Shown here: positions 1 to 7,754 of the stretch, piece by piece | How positions within the stretch are numbered: the first letter of the stretch is position 1 | How the letters are laid out: each line of letters begins with the position of its first letter | NCBI GenBank assembly: GCA_002796025.1 | Contig: PCVQ01000026.1 | Span: 1 to 35,905, forward strand | Direction of reading: 5' to 3' | Length of the DNA: 35,905 nucleotides | Source: Candidatus Peregrinibacteria bacterium CG11_big_fil_rev_8_21_14_0_20_46_8 | GTDB lineage: Bacteria > Patescibacteriota > Gracilibacteria > UBA1369 > UM-FILTER-53-11 | Made by a program: the position numbers and the translations under genes | The notes under the pieces: generated by a model | Seen by the model: the letters and a program-made list of their open reading frames with translations, nothing else | Databases searched by the model: none | Told to the model about the DNA's origin: nothing

Positions 1-199
1 GCCGCTTTGCGTAGTATCGGTTTCGGCTTTCAGTGCGCGAAACACCTGTGAGACCGGGCTCGCCGACATTGTCAGATGCCTCGCGAAGCGCTTCTTGTTG
101 CACAATTTGAAATCCGTCGTGGTATGCCATCAGGAGCAAGGGCGTAGCAATGAGCGCAATAGTTAGGACGAAATGGCTTATTTTAAGGCTTTTTCGCAT
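1..199 (-). CDS. hypothetical protein, N-terminal fragment (gene runs off the left edge)
   Basis: The reverse complement of 1-199 starts at ATG (199-197) and reads MRKSLKISHFVLTIALIATPLLLMAYHDGFQIVQQEALREASDNVGEPGLTGVSRTESRNRYYAKR with no stop. A basic N-terminus followed by a hydrophobic stretch looks like a signal peptide or membrane anchor. It is absent from the ORF track because it is truncated. Confidence 0.45.
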   Translation of the reverse strand, partial: MRKSLKISHFVLTIALIATPLLLMAYHDGFQIVQQEALREASDNVGEPGLTGVSRTESRNRYYAKR

Positions 200-337
200 C
201 TCTTCAGGATAAAATTAAGAAAAATGAAGAGTGCGAATATAGCAAAGAAATGGCCTTTTGTCAATACGTATAGGCGGAAATGTCTTCAAAAAGCAATTTC
301 CAGGTAGAATTTGCGGCTCGTTGTCGTCTTAGATCAT

Positions 338-697
338 ATGGAAGAAATGCCAAACACTTTAAGCGATGCTCAGAAAAATAAATTCTCTAAGCGAGCTGAG
401 AAGCTGGAGAAAAGAATTGAGCGATTTAAAAATGACGCAGAGAATGCTACTGATCTTGCTCGGATGGAAAAGCATTTGGAAATCTGCAGAATAATGATTT
501 CAACTGCAAATGTTTCTGATTACACTCCATTTGATATCGAGCTTCAGTTGCTGGCGGTAGAATTGAATGTTCTGCGAGAAGAAAGAAGATTGAATATAGC
601 AACTATTGCAGCAGAAATTGGATACAAGGTGAGGTTTATACTCTCAACTGTCCGTTATCGTCACGAGCTTGATAAATCACTGCAAAAACCCCGATAA
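338..697 (+). CDS. hypothetical protein, charged and helical (coiled-coil-like)
   Basis: The ORF in the track (311-697) begins at TTG. The first ATG is at 338 (MEEMPNTLSDAQKNKFSKRAEKLEKRIERFKND...). A TAGAAT -10-like box at 305-310 argues against the TTG start. No recognisable domain. Confidence 0.5.
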   Translation: MEEMPNTLSDAQKNKFSKRAEKLEKRIERFKNDAENATDLARMEKHLEICRIMISTANVSDYTPFDIELQLLAVELNVLREERRLNIATIAAEIGYKVRFILSTVRYRHELDKSLQKPR

Positions 698-715
698 CGT
701 ATTAGGTCATCGGGG
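689..715 (-). terminator. rho-independent terminator for the minus-strand high-GC membrane gene
   Basis: On the minus strand the sequence reads CCCCGAT-(13 nt loop)-ATCGGGG followed by TTTTTGCAG. This is a 7-bp GC-rich stem plus a U-run. It overlaps the stop codon of the plus-strand ORF 338-697. Confidence 0.5.
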
Positions 716-863
716 TCAGCTTCAGGAGTCTCGACCCAGAATCGGCTTTTTTATAAGGCCAATTCGAGGAAACTCACCGTTGTGTGTGCGCTATAGCGGC
801 AAAGCCCACACACGCTTTTCGCGGGAGCCCGTCCATCCTAGACAGAGCTCCCGCGATGGTCTT

Positions 864-1409
864 TTAGGCGAGACAGTGGAGGATCACCGCCCCGCCGATT
901 GCGGCTGCATGCTCCAGGCGCTCCTGCGCCGGGAAGCGGACCCGGATCACGTCCAAGACGCAGATCCAGACCCACAACAGAGCATGCAAGCCGGGGATGC
1001 TCTGAGCTCCCGAAAAATTGTGGCCCGCGAGGGCCACACCGAGAGGAATGAGCATGACGACGTCCATGGCCTTGTCGTCCCATTTCCCCTCTCCCAGGAG
1101 CTGAATGCTCTGCGACCGGGTGATCCTCCACCCGATCCAGACGGCAAAAATCCATACGTCCGCCAAGGCCTTAACCTCGGCGAACGAGAAGTGCAAATTC
1201 CCAAAAAAGAAATACAACGCCACGGCTCCTGCCGTGGCGAAACCCGCGGCCCACCCGCGGGAGCGCACGGCCCAAGCTGAGCCGAACGCCCCCACGAACA
1301 GGAACAAAAGGAGCCAAAGCGTCCACCCGGCGAGGTGTCCGCCCTGGCTCCCTACAGTTAGGATTTCAACGGCATCGCCCCCGATGCCGTCGTAGGTAAT
1401 CTTGTCCAT
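864..1409 (-). CDS. multi-pass (5-6 TM) integral membrane protein of unknown family, encoded by DNA of about 62% GC
   Basis: 181-aa ORF with hydrophobic segments WTLWLLLFLFVGAFGSAWAV, WAAGFATAGAVALYFFFG, ALADVWIFAVWIGW, AMDVVMLIPLGVALAG and LHALLWVWICVLDVI. Third codon positions are strongly G/C in this frame. AAGGAGGT lies 3 nt upstream of the ATG. The other four ORFs overlapping this interval have low-complexity Arg/Pro/Gly/Ser-rich translations. Confidence 0.7.
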   Translation of the reverse strand: MDKITYDGIGGDAVEILTVGSQGGHLAGWTLWLLLFLFVGAFGSAWAVRSRGWAAGFATAGAVALYFFFGNLHFSFAEVKALADVWIFAVWIGWRITRSQSIQLLGEGKWDDKAMDVVMLIPLGVALAGHNFSGAQSIPGLHALLWVWICVLDVIRVRFPAQERLEHAAAIGGAVILHCLA

Positions 1410-1426
1410 AATACCTCCTTATGGAC
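1404..1426 (-). promoter_or_regulatory. translation-initiation hairpin with SD in the loop and AUG inside the stem
   Basis: The minus-strand RNA reads GUCCAUAA-GGAGGUA-UUAUGGAC, a perfect 8-bp stem. The 3' arm contains the start codon (1409-1407) and the 7-nt loop is the SD core. Confidence 0.45.
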
Positions 1427-1507
1427 GTTGAAATGTTCTTGTGGAATATGCGAATAGCAAATCCAAAAAACAAAAAAAATCGCCGCTATGTTAAAGACCA
1501 GACGGTT

Positions 1508-1536
1508 ATAATAAAACTGCAATTTAATTCTGTCAA
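1508..1536 (-). promoter_or_regulatory. sigma70-type promoter for the high-GC membrane gene
   Basis: The minus strand reads TTGACA (1536-1531), a 17-nt spacer, then TATTAT (1513-1508). The -35 box contains the TGA stop of the upstream ORF 1533-2543. It predicts a leader of about 90 nt that includes the 1404-1426 hairpin. Confidence 0.5.
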
Positions 1537-2543
1537 TAGCGCGACCAATCGACGCGTCCTCCTTTTACCTTATATACAGCCTGAATCTGTCTCTTTATTT
1601 GAGAATCATAAGCATTAACCACTTGCTTCACTGCTCTCTCTTTATCCTGAGCAGACGTTGGACCACTTGCAAATGCAGACTCCACAATAGCCTTGTTTAT
1701 TAGATACTCTTGTCGAAAAGGAATATCTGCTTGCTCCAGAAAATTTGCGCCGACAGTATCAATAACACCATCCGACTCCGCAACTTGCTTCTTCGCCTGC
1801 GCAATACGGCTGCGTGTCAGTTTATCCATGTCAGCAAGAATGACTGCCTTATCTTTTGCATTCAAAAGATGACTTTGTAGTTCCGGATTTGGACCGCGCT
1901 CCGCACGGGGAATCCAGAGCAGGGGAATATGCAAAGGTTTATCGAGGTATTTAAATTGAGTCCAGTCATTTAAATCTTCCTCATGATTTTCACTCAAAAC
2001 ACGAAGGAAATTTTTTAAATCTTTTTCAAAATACTCCACAATCTCTTCTTCCGAAAAATTTTCAACCACTGCATAGTGTGCCGCAGCTTTAGCATAAACA
2101 CTCAAGACATTTGTATACAACTTCAGCGTCTGCGAATCATACAAACGGTGCGCTTGGTGGGCCTTAAATTCACGGTCAAAAATTGCCTGTAGTTTCGCAG
2201 TAAGTGTCGGAATATCTTTCACTTCCAGCGGCTTGAATTTTTTTACATCCAGTTTGTGAGGTGTGACTTCATTGCCTGCAGCCTTATCTAGAGCAATCTG
2301 CATCGGTGCCACAAGATCCGGGAACTCTCCGCACTCTTCACGAAGTTTTGCAAGCTCCGCCTCTGTTTTTTGGAGTGGCTTCTTTGCTTCTGCTGTTTTT
2401 TTTACATCTTCTGTTTCTATTTTGCACTCCGAGCGTGGTTTCCGCTTTTCCGGACTTTCAAAAATAAGGCGGCTCGGTTTGCCGCTTTGATCATTAAATA
2501 CATTTTTAAAATAACAAAAGAATTTCATAATTATGAGATCCAT
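1533..2543 (-). CDS. hypothetical protein (336 aa), last gene of the orphan four-gene operon
   Basis: Long ORF. The ATG at 2543 overlaps the upstream gene by 13 nt. An alternative ATG at 2528 (MKFF...) lies 2 nt after the upstream TAA. The protein is charged and helical with no motif I recognise. Confidence 0.75.
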   Translation of the reverse strand: MDLIIMKFFCYFKNVFNDQSGKPSRLIFESPEKRKPRSECKIETEDVKKTAEAKKPLQKTEAELAKLREECGEFPDLVAPMQIALDKAAGNEVTPHKLDVKKFKPLEVKDIPTLTAKLQAIFDREFKAHQAHRLYDSQTLKLYTNVLSVYAKAAAHYAVVENFSEEEIVEYFEKDLKNFLRVLSENHEEDLNDWTQFKYLDKPLHIPLLWIPRAERGPNPELQSHLLNAKDKAVILADMDKLTRSRIAQAKKQVAESDGVIDTVGANFLEQADIPFRQEYLINKAIVESAFASGPTSAQDKERAVKQVVNAYDSQIKRQIQAVYKVKGGRVDWSRY

Positions 2544-5500
2544 TTAGTGGCGCTGAGTCCAGGTTTTTCAGGATCAAATTTCGGCAGTTTTTCGCTCTGC
2601 ACAGTTCCGCCTACAACTGCATTATCCAAGTGCTGCTTAATCTTTGCACGCACCGTACTAAGAAATGTAATATCTGCAGCATCCAATTTTGCTTTATTCG
2701 CGAGTTGCGCCGTGCTTTCACTCCAAACTCTTAAAACTATCTGCCGTACTTTGTATGCATCGCCCGCAAGCATTTCGATCTTCTCAAAACCCTCATACGT
2801 ATATCCATCGAGCATTTTGCGCAGATCAAGATATTCTTTTTGGTATTCCGGACTTGCATAATTCATGAGCTCGAGTCCTTTAAACGGCGCATTAGCAGTT
2901 AGCAACTGATGAAATTGGGCTCCGCGTTGCTCAGGTGTTAACTTTTCAATACCGCTTACCAATTGTTGCATTTGACCAAGCAGCGTGCGGGGATCATGAA
3001 TATTTCCCATTCTCTCATTGTAAATTTTCTTTATATCAGCGAGGTTTGTGCCGTCTAAAATATCGCGCTCAACAAGGCGCAGTGCCTCCATACTCTTAAA
3101 TTCAATCATGTTTTTCCACCATGCATCGAGAATCGGTCCGTTAATTGCATCTATATTAAAAGATTTGGCCAATTCCCACTTGGCATCAATTTCTTTGGTG
3201 TCTTGAATGAGCTGATTCGCACGCGCAAAGAGATCCCGAAATTCCTTTTGTTCGCTGATATTGCGCACTATCTCAATTGCAAAGTTCCGCCCGTTGGTGT
3301 CGTCAATCTTTATCGCACTCGCACCTCCGACAAATTCTACGCCCGTATCGAGTCCTCCTTTTGCCGGTTTGCCCACAAATGGTACACCGGCAATCTCGCC
3401 CTGGATGCGGGCTTTAAGTGTTGGGTCCGGCGTAACAGATGCTATCTTTACCTCCAGCCCCTGTGCGATAGGTGGCAACATACGCTGAACATGACGTACA
3501 ATAACTTCATCACGATACGCTTCGGCAAGCGCCGAAGGTGATTTTACTTTTTCGGTCTTATAAGAAACTTCAAGATCTTGACCGTCATCGGTTGGCCGTA
3601 CACGGACATCTATGCTCCCTGTCGAAAGACCGAGCGAAGCATCGTTTTGTACCGGCACTCCTTTTACAATCCAGATTTTTTCATTTGTATCCCATATGGG
3701 AGTTTTCGATGCAAGACCCGGAAATTCCGCAGCCTTTTTTGCCACCAGTGCTTTCATTTCTTGTTCAATATGTTTTTCGATATTTGCGGCACTCGCTGTA
3801 TTTATTGCCGAATCACGATCATTTGAGAAATCAAGCTCAAACTGCTTGTTCGTAATAGTTGTTGTTGCTCCCATGATAATTCCTGCTTTGCCGCGCGGCC
3901 CACGATTTTGTAATTTAACGGGAAAGTCATTAATCCGTCCTTCATTGGGTGATGTGAATTCAACTCGAAATGTTTTTGGAAGTGCTCTTTCGTAGCCAAA
4001 GTCAGTTGTTTTTGCAGCAGCCTCGCCAAGCTTGTCTTTAACCGGCCGCTTAAAGCGATTCCAACCCGCCTGCGCAAATTCACTTGTTGGCTCCCACACG
4101 TGCTCGACGGTAGCTGCGGCTGCGGTTTTTGCAGCCTCGCCTGTTGCTGATATACCACGTTTAGCGAGATCTGCTACGGTCCCTAGAGGCGTTGTTTTTT
4201 TCTCTTGTGCAGCATGACTTCTTCGTGCTCGCTCTTCTGTATGCCGAAATCCATTTGCATAGATTGCAATATCAAAAAAAGTCGGCGGATCGTCAAAGCC
4301 ATCGATATACTCTTCAAATAAAATTTGTGCATTTATCTGGCCCGGCTGTTTCGCAAATTCTTTTAACAGTGCTGCCTTATCATTCACTTTGTGCTTCAGC
4401 GCGTATTGATTCACCGCTGCCTGCAAGACAACTCCTTCAACGGCTTCATAGGCAAGTTTGCCATCGATTTCTTTATTATAAAATCCGAGCCGGCGCGGAT
4501 CGATCCATTCTTTTGTGCGGCTATCTACTTTGCTTCCCTCACGATACAGCTCAAAGAGCAGCCGCATGTCCTTGCCGGCAATGTTATCGACGGTTTCTAT
4601 AAAACGAATATTTTCTTTGCGGGCAACTTGGTCGTTTTCCGCCTTTTCATCGGGCCGGACATCTTTTAGGCTGAGAATAAAATTCTTAATCGGATCACTG
4701 TCATCACGATCGTCAATTTTTCGGCCGAACCCCAAATAGTCACTCGGCCGTCGATTGCCGTTCGCATAATTTGCATACCCGGCCACTTCATTTGCTGCAA
4801 TTACTGCAGCGGTGAAGAGCCCAATGCCTCCCCACGAAAAGCCTTTGCCATCTTTTGTTAATGGCCCGGTAAATGGAGCGCGTTTATTCCAGTTTTTTAT
4901 TGCAAGTGCACTTGCGGCTATGGTTGCAACTATAATTGCTATGCGACTTTCCTTACTGCCACGATCCCATACGTCCTTAATAGAACCGAGGGGCGAGGTA
5001 ACCCACTTCGAAAAAGTCGAATTTGCCTCTTCATCGGTCAAATGCTCACGCGCCTCTTTTTTTTCATCGTAGTGCTCCTTAAGTTTAGCGATAATTTCTC
5101 GAAGAACTTCTGTACTTTTTTCCTTCGCAGGTGAGTCATCCGGTGCGGTTATCCCTCTAATAAATTCTGTACGCCCCGTACCTTCGGGCATAACATTCTT
5201 TAAGAACTCGGCCAAACCTTCCGGATCTTTTTTGGACCAAATAACCCAAGCCGTAAAATCTTCGATTGGAGCATCTTCTTTCCGTGAATTAAAGATCACA
5301 ACCTCGAGATGCTTTGCAACGTAGTCAAATTTCGGCGAACTCAAAAAACTTTCGGTGTATTTTTCGGCATCGCCCTCATTTATTTTTTCTCTCATTTTTG
5401 CCAAACCTTCTGTTGTTTCGCTACGCACTCCCATTACCTCTTCATCACGCTTTTTCTTAGCTGCATTCTCTTCGGGTGTTGGTTCAGGAGCGGGTCTGGC

Positions 5501-5695
5501 ATCTAATGCTGTACGTGCTGCGGCTTCGCGTTTTTTGGCAGCAGCTTCGAGCGGCTCAGTACCATAAAACTCCGAAGGATCCGGCGGTGCAGATGAAGCA
5601 GGACCCTCTGCTCCACTTTTTTTACTCCACCGCCACACGAGGCGCGCCACCAAAAACTGTTTTTTGCTATTTTTTTCTTGAGAAAATTCGCACAT
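2531..5695 (-). CDS. large hypothetical membrane protein (1054 aa) with a central pair of hydrophobic helices
   Basis: Uninterrupted 3.2-kb ORF. It has a charged, Pro/Ala/Lys-rich N-region of about 250 aa. Two hydrophobic helices follow, RIAIIVATIAASALAI and GGIGLFTAAVIAANEVAGYA (residues about 251-306, nt 4778-4945). About 750 aa of mixed alpha/beta-looking sequence comes after. No P-loop or catalytic signature seen. Confidence 0.85.
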   Translation of the reverse strand: MCEFSQEKNSKKQFLVARLVWRWSKKSGAEGPASSAPPDPSEFYGTEPLEAAAKKREAAARTALDARPAPEPTPEENAAKKKRDEEVMGVRSETTEGLAKMREKINEGDAEKYTESFLSSPKFDYVAKHLEVVIFNSRKEDAPIEDFTAWVIWSKKDPEGLAEFLKNVMPEGTGRTEFIRGITAPDDSPAKEKSTEVLREIIAKLKEHYDEKKEAREHLTDEEANSTFSKWVTSPLGSIKDVWDRGSKESRIAIIVATIAASALAIKNWNKRAPFTGPLTKDGKGFSWGGIGLFTAAVIAANEVAGYANYANGNRRPSDYLGFGRKIDDRDDSDPIKNFILSLKDVRPDEKAENDQVARKENIRFIETVDNIAGKDMRLLFELYREGSKVDSRTKEWIDPRRLGFYNKEIDGKLAYEAVEGVVLQAAVNQYALKHKVNDKAALLKEFAKQPGQINAQILFEEYIDGFDDPPTFFDIAIYANGFRHTEERARRSHAAQEKKTTPLGTVADLAKRGISATGEAAKTAAAATVEHVWEPTSEFAQAGWNRFKRPVKDKLGEAAAKTTDFGYERALPKTFRVEFTSPNEGRINDFPVKLQNRGPRGKAGIIMGATTTITNKQFELDFSNDRDSAINTASAANIEKHIEQEMKALVAKKAAEFPGLASKTPIWDTNEKIWIVKGVPVQNDASLGLSTGSIDVRVRPTDDGQDLEVSYKTEKVKSPSALAEAYRDEVIVRHVQRMLPPIAQGLEVKIASVTPDPTLKARIQGEIAGVPFVGKPAKGGLDTGVEFVGGASAIKIDDTNGRNFAIEIVRNISEQKEFRDLFARANQLIQDTKEIDAKWELAKSFNIDAINGPILDAWWKNMIEFKSMEALRLVERDILDGTNLADIKKIYNERMGNIHDPRTLLGQMQQLVSGIEKLTPEQRGAQFHQLLTANAPFKGLELMNYASPEYQKEYLDLRKMLDGYTYEGFEKIEMLAGDAYKVRQIVLRVWSESTAQLANKAKLDAADITFLSTVRAKIKQHLDNAVVGGTVQSEKLPKFDPEKPGLSATKWIS

Positions 5696-5718
5696 TTTTA
5701 TTTGTATTTAATCTATTG

Positions 5719-5747
5719 ATTATAGCAAAAAAGCCTATTTGGAGCAA
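5719..5747 (-). promoter_or_regulatory. internal promoter-like site upstream of the 1054-aa gene
   Basis: The minus strand reads TTGCTC (5747-5742), 17 nt, TATAAT (5724-5719), with TG at the extended -10 position (TGCTATAAT). It lies in the only real gap of the operon (5696-5755). Confidence 0.4.
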
Positions 5748-5755
5748 TAGAGCTA

Positions 5756-7000
5756 TTATTTCCGCCTCGATGACTTCTTCTGAGCAAGCTTTTTGGCACG
5801 GCTTTCCGCCGCCTCTTGTGCAGCTGAACCTGCCGCGGCACCAAGCATGGCAGCTGCATTTTCGCGGCTTCCTCCAAATACCGCCTTAAACCCATCAGTA
5901 ACTCCCCCCCAAATTTTCTGCCAAGTACTCTGCACCTCTCGCTCAATCTCCTCGAATTTTACCTTGCTCAGCTCTTTTTTTGCCTCAGCCGGCTTTGCCA
6001 GAGTATTGATGGCAGGAAGCTCTATCTCATTCAAAATGATACTACTGACCGCACCATAGGGAATTCCGGGCTTACTATGATCGACGGTTAATATTAAATC
6101 GCCGACTCGTGTGATTACAGCGGCTTCAAGATGTTCCACTTGCTGCTCTAATGCTTTTAGGTCACTTGCACGAATTCCGGTCGAACTTTGAATTCGCTCG
6201 TGGCTGCCCTTCCAGCGCAAAAAGTAAATCAAGCGCGTGAGATCACGTGGTCTTACTTGAGCAGTCGCCTTTGCAACTTCACTCTGCGTGGGCAAACATC
6301 CCTTTGCCAAATCTTTATATGGAGTTTGATTCCGTAAACAGGATTGCAGAGATTCACGCGTTAAAAATTTGCGCGCGTCAACTACATCACTTGCCTGGGT
6401 ATCGATAGGCGCCAAAGAACCTCCGGCTGTTATAAAAAATTCTGCGGTAGCGTGCGCTGCGGCGCGAATTAAATCAGGTCCGGTAAAGCCGGCTTCCATT
6501 AATTCACGCTCTATTCCTTCAAAAACCACTGCACTCAGCCGAACTGAGGGCGGCGTCTCCCTACAATTTTGCACTGCATCTAAAGCATCTATTACAAAGC
6601 TTTTAAATTGTCTTCCCGGAATTCGATAGTGTCGCCGCATAAGCTTTGTAAGTACATCAGGATCATACAAATTTATCTCCTGATCTTCGGGAATTCCTAC
6701 ATTTTTGCGAATATCGTTCTGACGTGACGGTTCGAGTTTTAGCCACCAATCATAAATATCATGACAAAATAGCAGATACGCCCGGTACAAAAAAGCATTC
6801 GTTCCATAATCATCTAAATCAATATCGCCGCCTTTTTTTGCAAGCATACTATTAAGTTCACGCGCAAATGCTCCGCCATCAAATCTTTGCAATTCTTCGT
6901 ACCATCCTCTAAAGGACTCATAGGTAACGCCCTGTGGTGTGTTTTTCACCATTTCGAGACTTGTAATATCGTATGATCGTATTGGCTTTTCTGCTGACAT
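5756..7000 (-). CDS. hypothetical soluble protein (414 aa)
   Basis: Long ORF whose ATG at 7000 is 2 nt after the upstream TAA (7005-7003). The C-terminus has a Gly/Ala-rich segment and then a Lys/Arg-rich tail (...GGSRENAAAMLGAAAGSAAQEAAESRAKKLAQKKSSRRK). No recognisable domain. Confidence 0.8.
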   Translation of the reverse strand: MSAEKPIRSYDITSLEMVKNTPQGVTYESFRGWYEELQRFDGGAFARELNSMLAKKGGDIDLDDYGTNAFLYRAYLLFCHDIYDWWLKLEPSRQNDIRKNVGIPEDQEINLYDPDVLTKLMRRHYRIPGRQFKSFVIDALDAVQNCRETPPSVRLSAVVFEGIERELMEAGFTGPDLIRAAAHATAEFFITAGGSLAPIDTQASDVVDARKFLTRESLQSCLRNQTPYKDLAKGCLPTQSEVAKATAQVRPRDLTRLIYFLRWKGSHERIQSSTGIRASDLKALEQQVEHLEAAVITRVGDLILTVDHSKPGIPYGAVSSIILNEIELPAINTLAKPAEAKKELSKVKFEEIEREVQSTWQKIWGGVTDGFKAVFGGSRENAAAMLGAAAGSAAQEAAESRAKKLAQKKSSRRK

Positions 7001-7002
7001 AG

Positions 7003-7629
7003 TTATTGGCAGTTATCATTATTCTCGAACGGGTCGCGAACTAGAGCATACGTTCCTGACGAGGTACCGGCGCCTTTGCTTACAACTGTAGGTTGAGGCG
7101 TAACTACAAATCGCTCTCCGCCAATGCATGCACGTACAACCGCCACTATTTCATCTCCAAAATCGCGAGGATTTATGTTTTCGAAATTAGATGGAATTTC
7201 TGATTGATTGCATGTATCAATAACTACAGAGGGCGGGGGAGTTGCAAGGGAAAGTTCCGCATTATCGCCGATACCGGCTATTTTAAAAGTTAAATGAACA
7301 TTGGGAATTGTTTCTAATGCTTCTCCAACACATTTTCCCGGAGGATTTATACGCACCGCCTCTTCAGCCATTTTATCGGTATCTATTTGCGAGATAGTTG
7401 CCTTCGATTTCTTTTTAGCCCGATCCGCCCCTGCGCAGTGGGTAACTGCAAGACCTGCCACAAAGAGCGCGCCAAGAGCAACAGCAATCTTCCCGCGATT
7501 ACTCGAAATTTTTGCCAGCAACCCACTTGGCGGCGGTGGCGCAGGAGGATGTGTTACGCCGGGTGCAACTATAGGTACAGGGGCAGGGCTGGGTCCTGGC
7601 GGGGGAGTTGGGCTTGGTGGACGAATCAT
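7003..7629 (-). CDS. hypothetical single-pass membrane protein with Pro-rich N-terminal tail (208 aa)
   Basis: MIRPPSPTPPPGPSPAPVPIVAPGVTHPPAPPPPSG is followed by one TM helix (IAVALGALFVAGLAV) and an extracytoplasmic domain of about 130 aa containing 4-5 Cys. It is the first gene of the operon. Confidence 0.75.
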   Translation of the reverse strand: MIRPPSPTPPPGPSPAPVPIVAPGVTHPPAPPPPSGLLAKISSNRGKIAVALGALFVAGLAVTHCAGADRAKKKSKATISQIDTDKMAEEAVRINPPGKCVGEALETIPNVHLTFKIAGIGDNAELSLATPPPSVVIDTCNQSEIPSNFENINPRDFGDEIVAVVRACIGGERFVVTPQPTVVSKGAGTSSGTYALVRDPFENNDNCQ

Positions 7630-7718
7630 TTTTTTCCGTTAAAGATAGAAAGTAGTAGATTATATCAGCGAATTTTTACTTGTCAAGTACCCTCTTTCAT
7701 GGTAGTCTAGGCTTCGCT

Positions 7719-7749
7719 TTGCCAAAAAATCACTAACTTTAATCATAAT
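7719..7749 (+). promoter_or_regulatory. candidate tig promoter, possibly giving a leaderless mRNA
   Basis: TTGCCA (7719-7724), 19 nt, CATAAT (7744-7749). The ATG at 7755 is only 5 nt downstream of the -10 box and there is no SD. Confidence 0.35.
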
Positions 7750-7754
7750 TTCGC

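Noticed and set aside
224-307. 27-aa ORF (MKSANIAKKWPFVNTYRRKCLQKAISR) in the divergent promoter region. It shares MKSANI and a 9-nt GCGAATATA string with the zinc-ribbon gene start at 30175.
   Set aside because: It is too short, has no supporting signal, and the shared hexapeptide and 9-mer are most likely chance.
669-1395. Four additional long ORFs overlapping the high-GC interval (669-1280 +, 838-1155 -, 947-1204 -, 1105-1395 +).
   Set aside because: Stop codons are rare in 62% GC DNA, so all frames stay open. Their translations are Arg/Pro/Gly/Ser-rich low-complexity strings. Only 864-1409 (-) has an SD, TM-helix periodicity and GC-rich third positions.
864-1409. Possible PnuC-like nicotinamide riboside transporter (the FAVWIGWRITRSQ segment vaguely recalls the PnuC WxxW...RQ region).
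   Set aside because: The rest of the sequence does not line up with the PnuC motifs I remember, and the length and helix count fit poorly. I left it as an unknown membrane protein.
1421-1618. 65-aa plus-strand ORF starting at ATGGAC.
   Set aside because: Its ATG is just the mirror image of the inverted repeat that forms the 1404-1426 hairpin. The ORF runs through a promoter region and the 3' end of another gene, and its translation is basic and low-complexity.
2263-5889. Many 60-160-aa plus-strand ORFs inside the 336-aa and 1054-aa genes (for example 2370-2861, 3612-3995, 4192-4602, 5476-5889).
   Set aside because: These are shadow ORFs on the antisense strand of a long uninterrupted gene. 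Their translations are low-complexity and Ser/Phe/Cys-rich.
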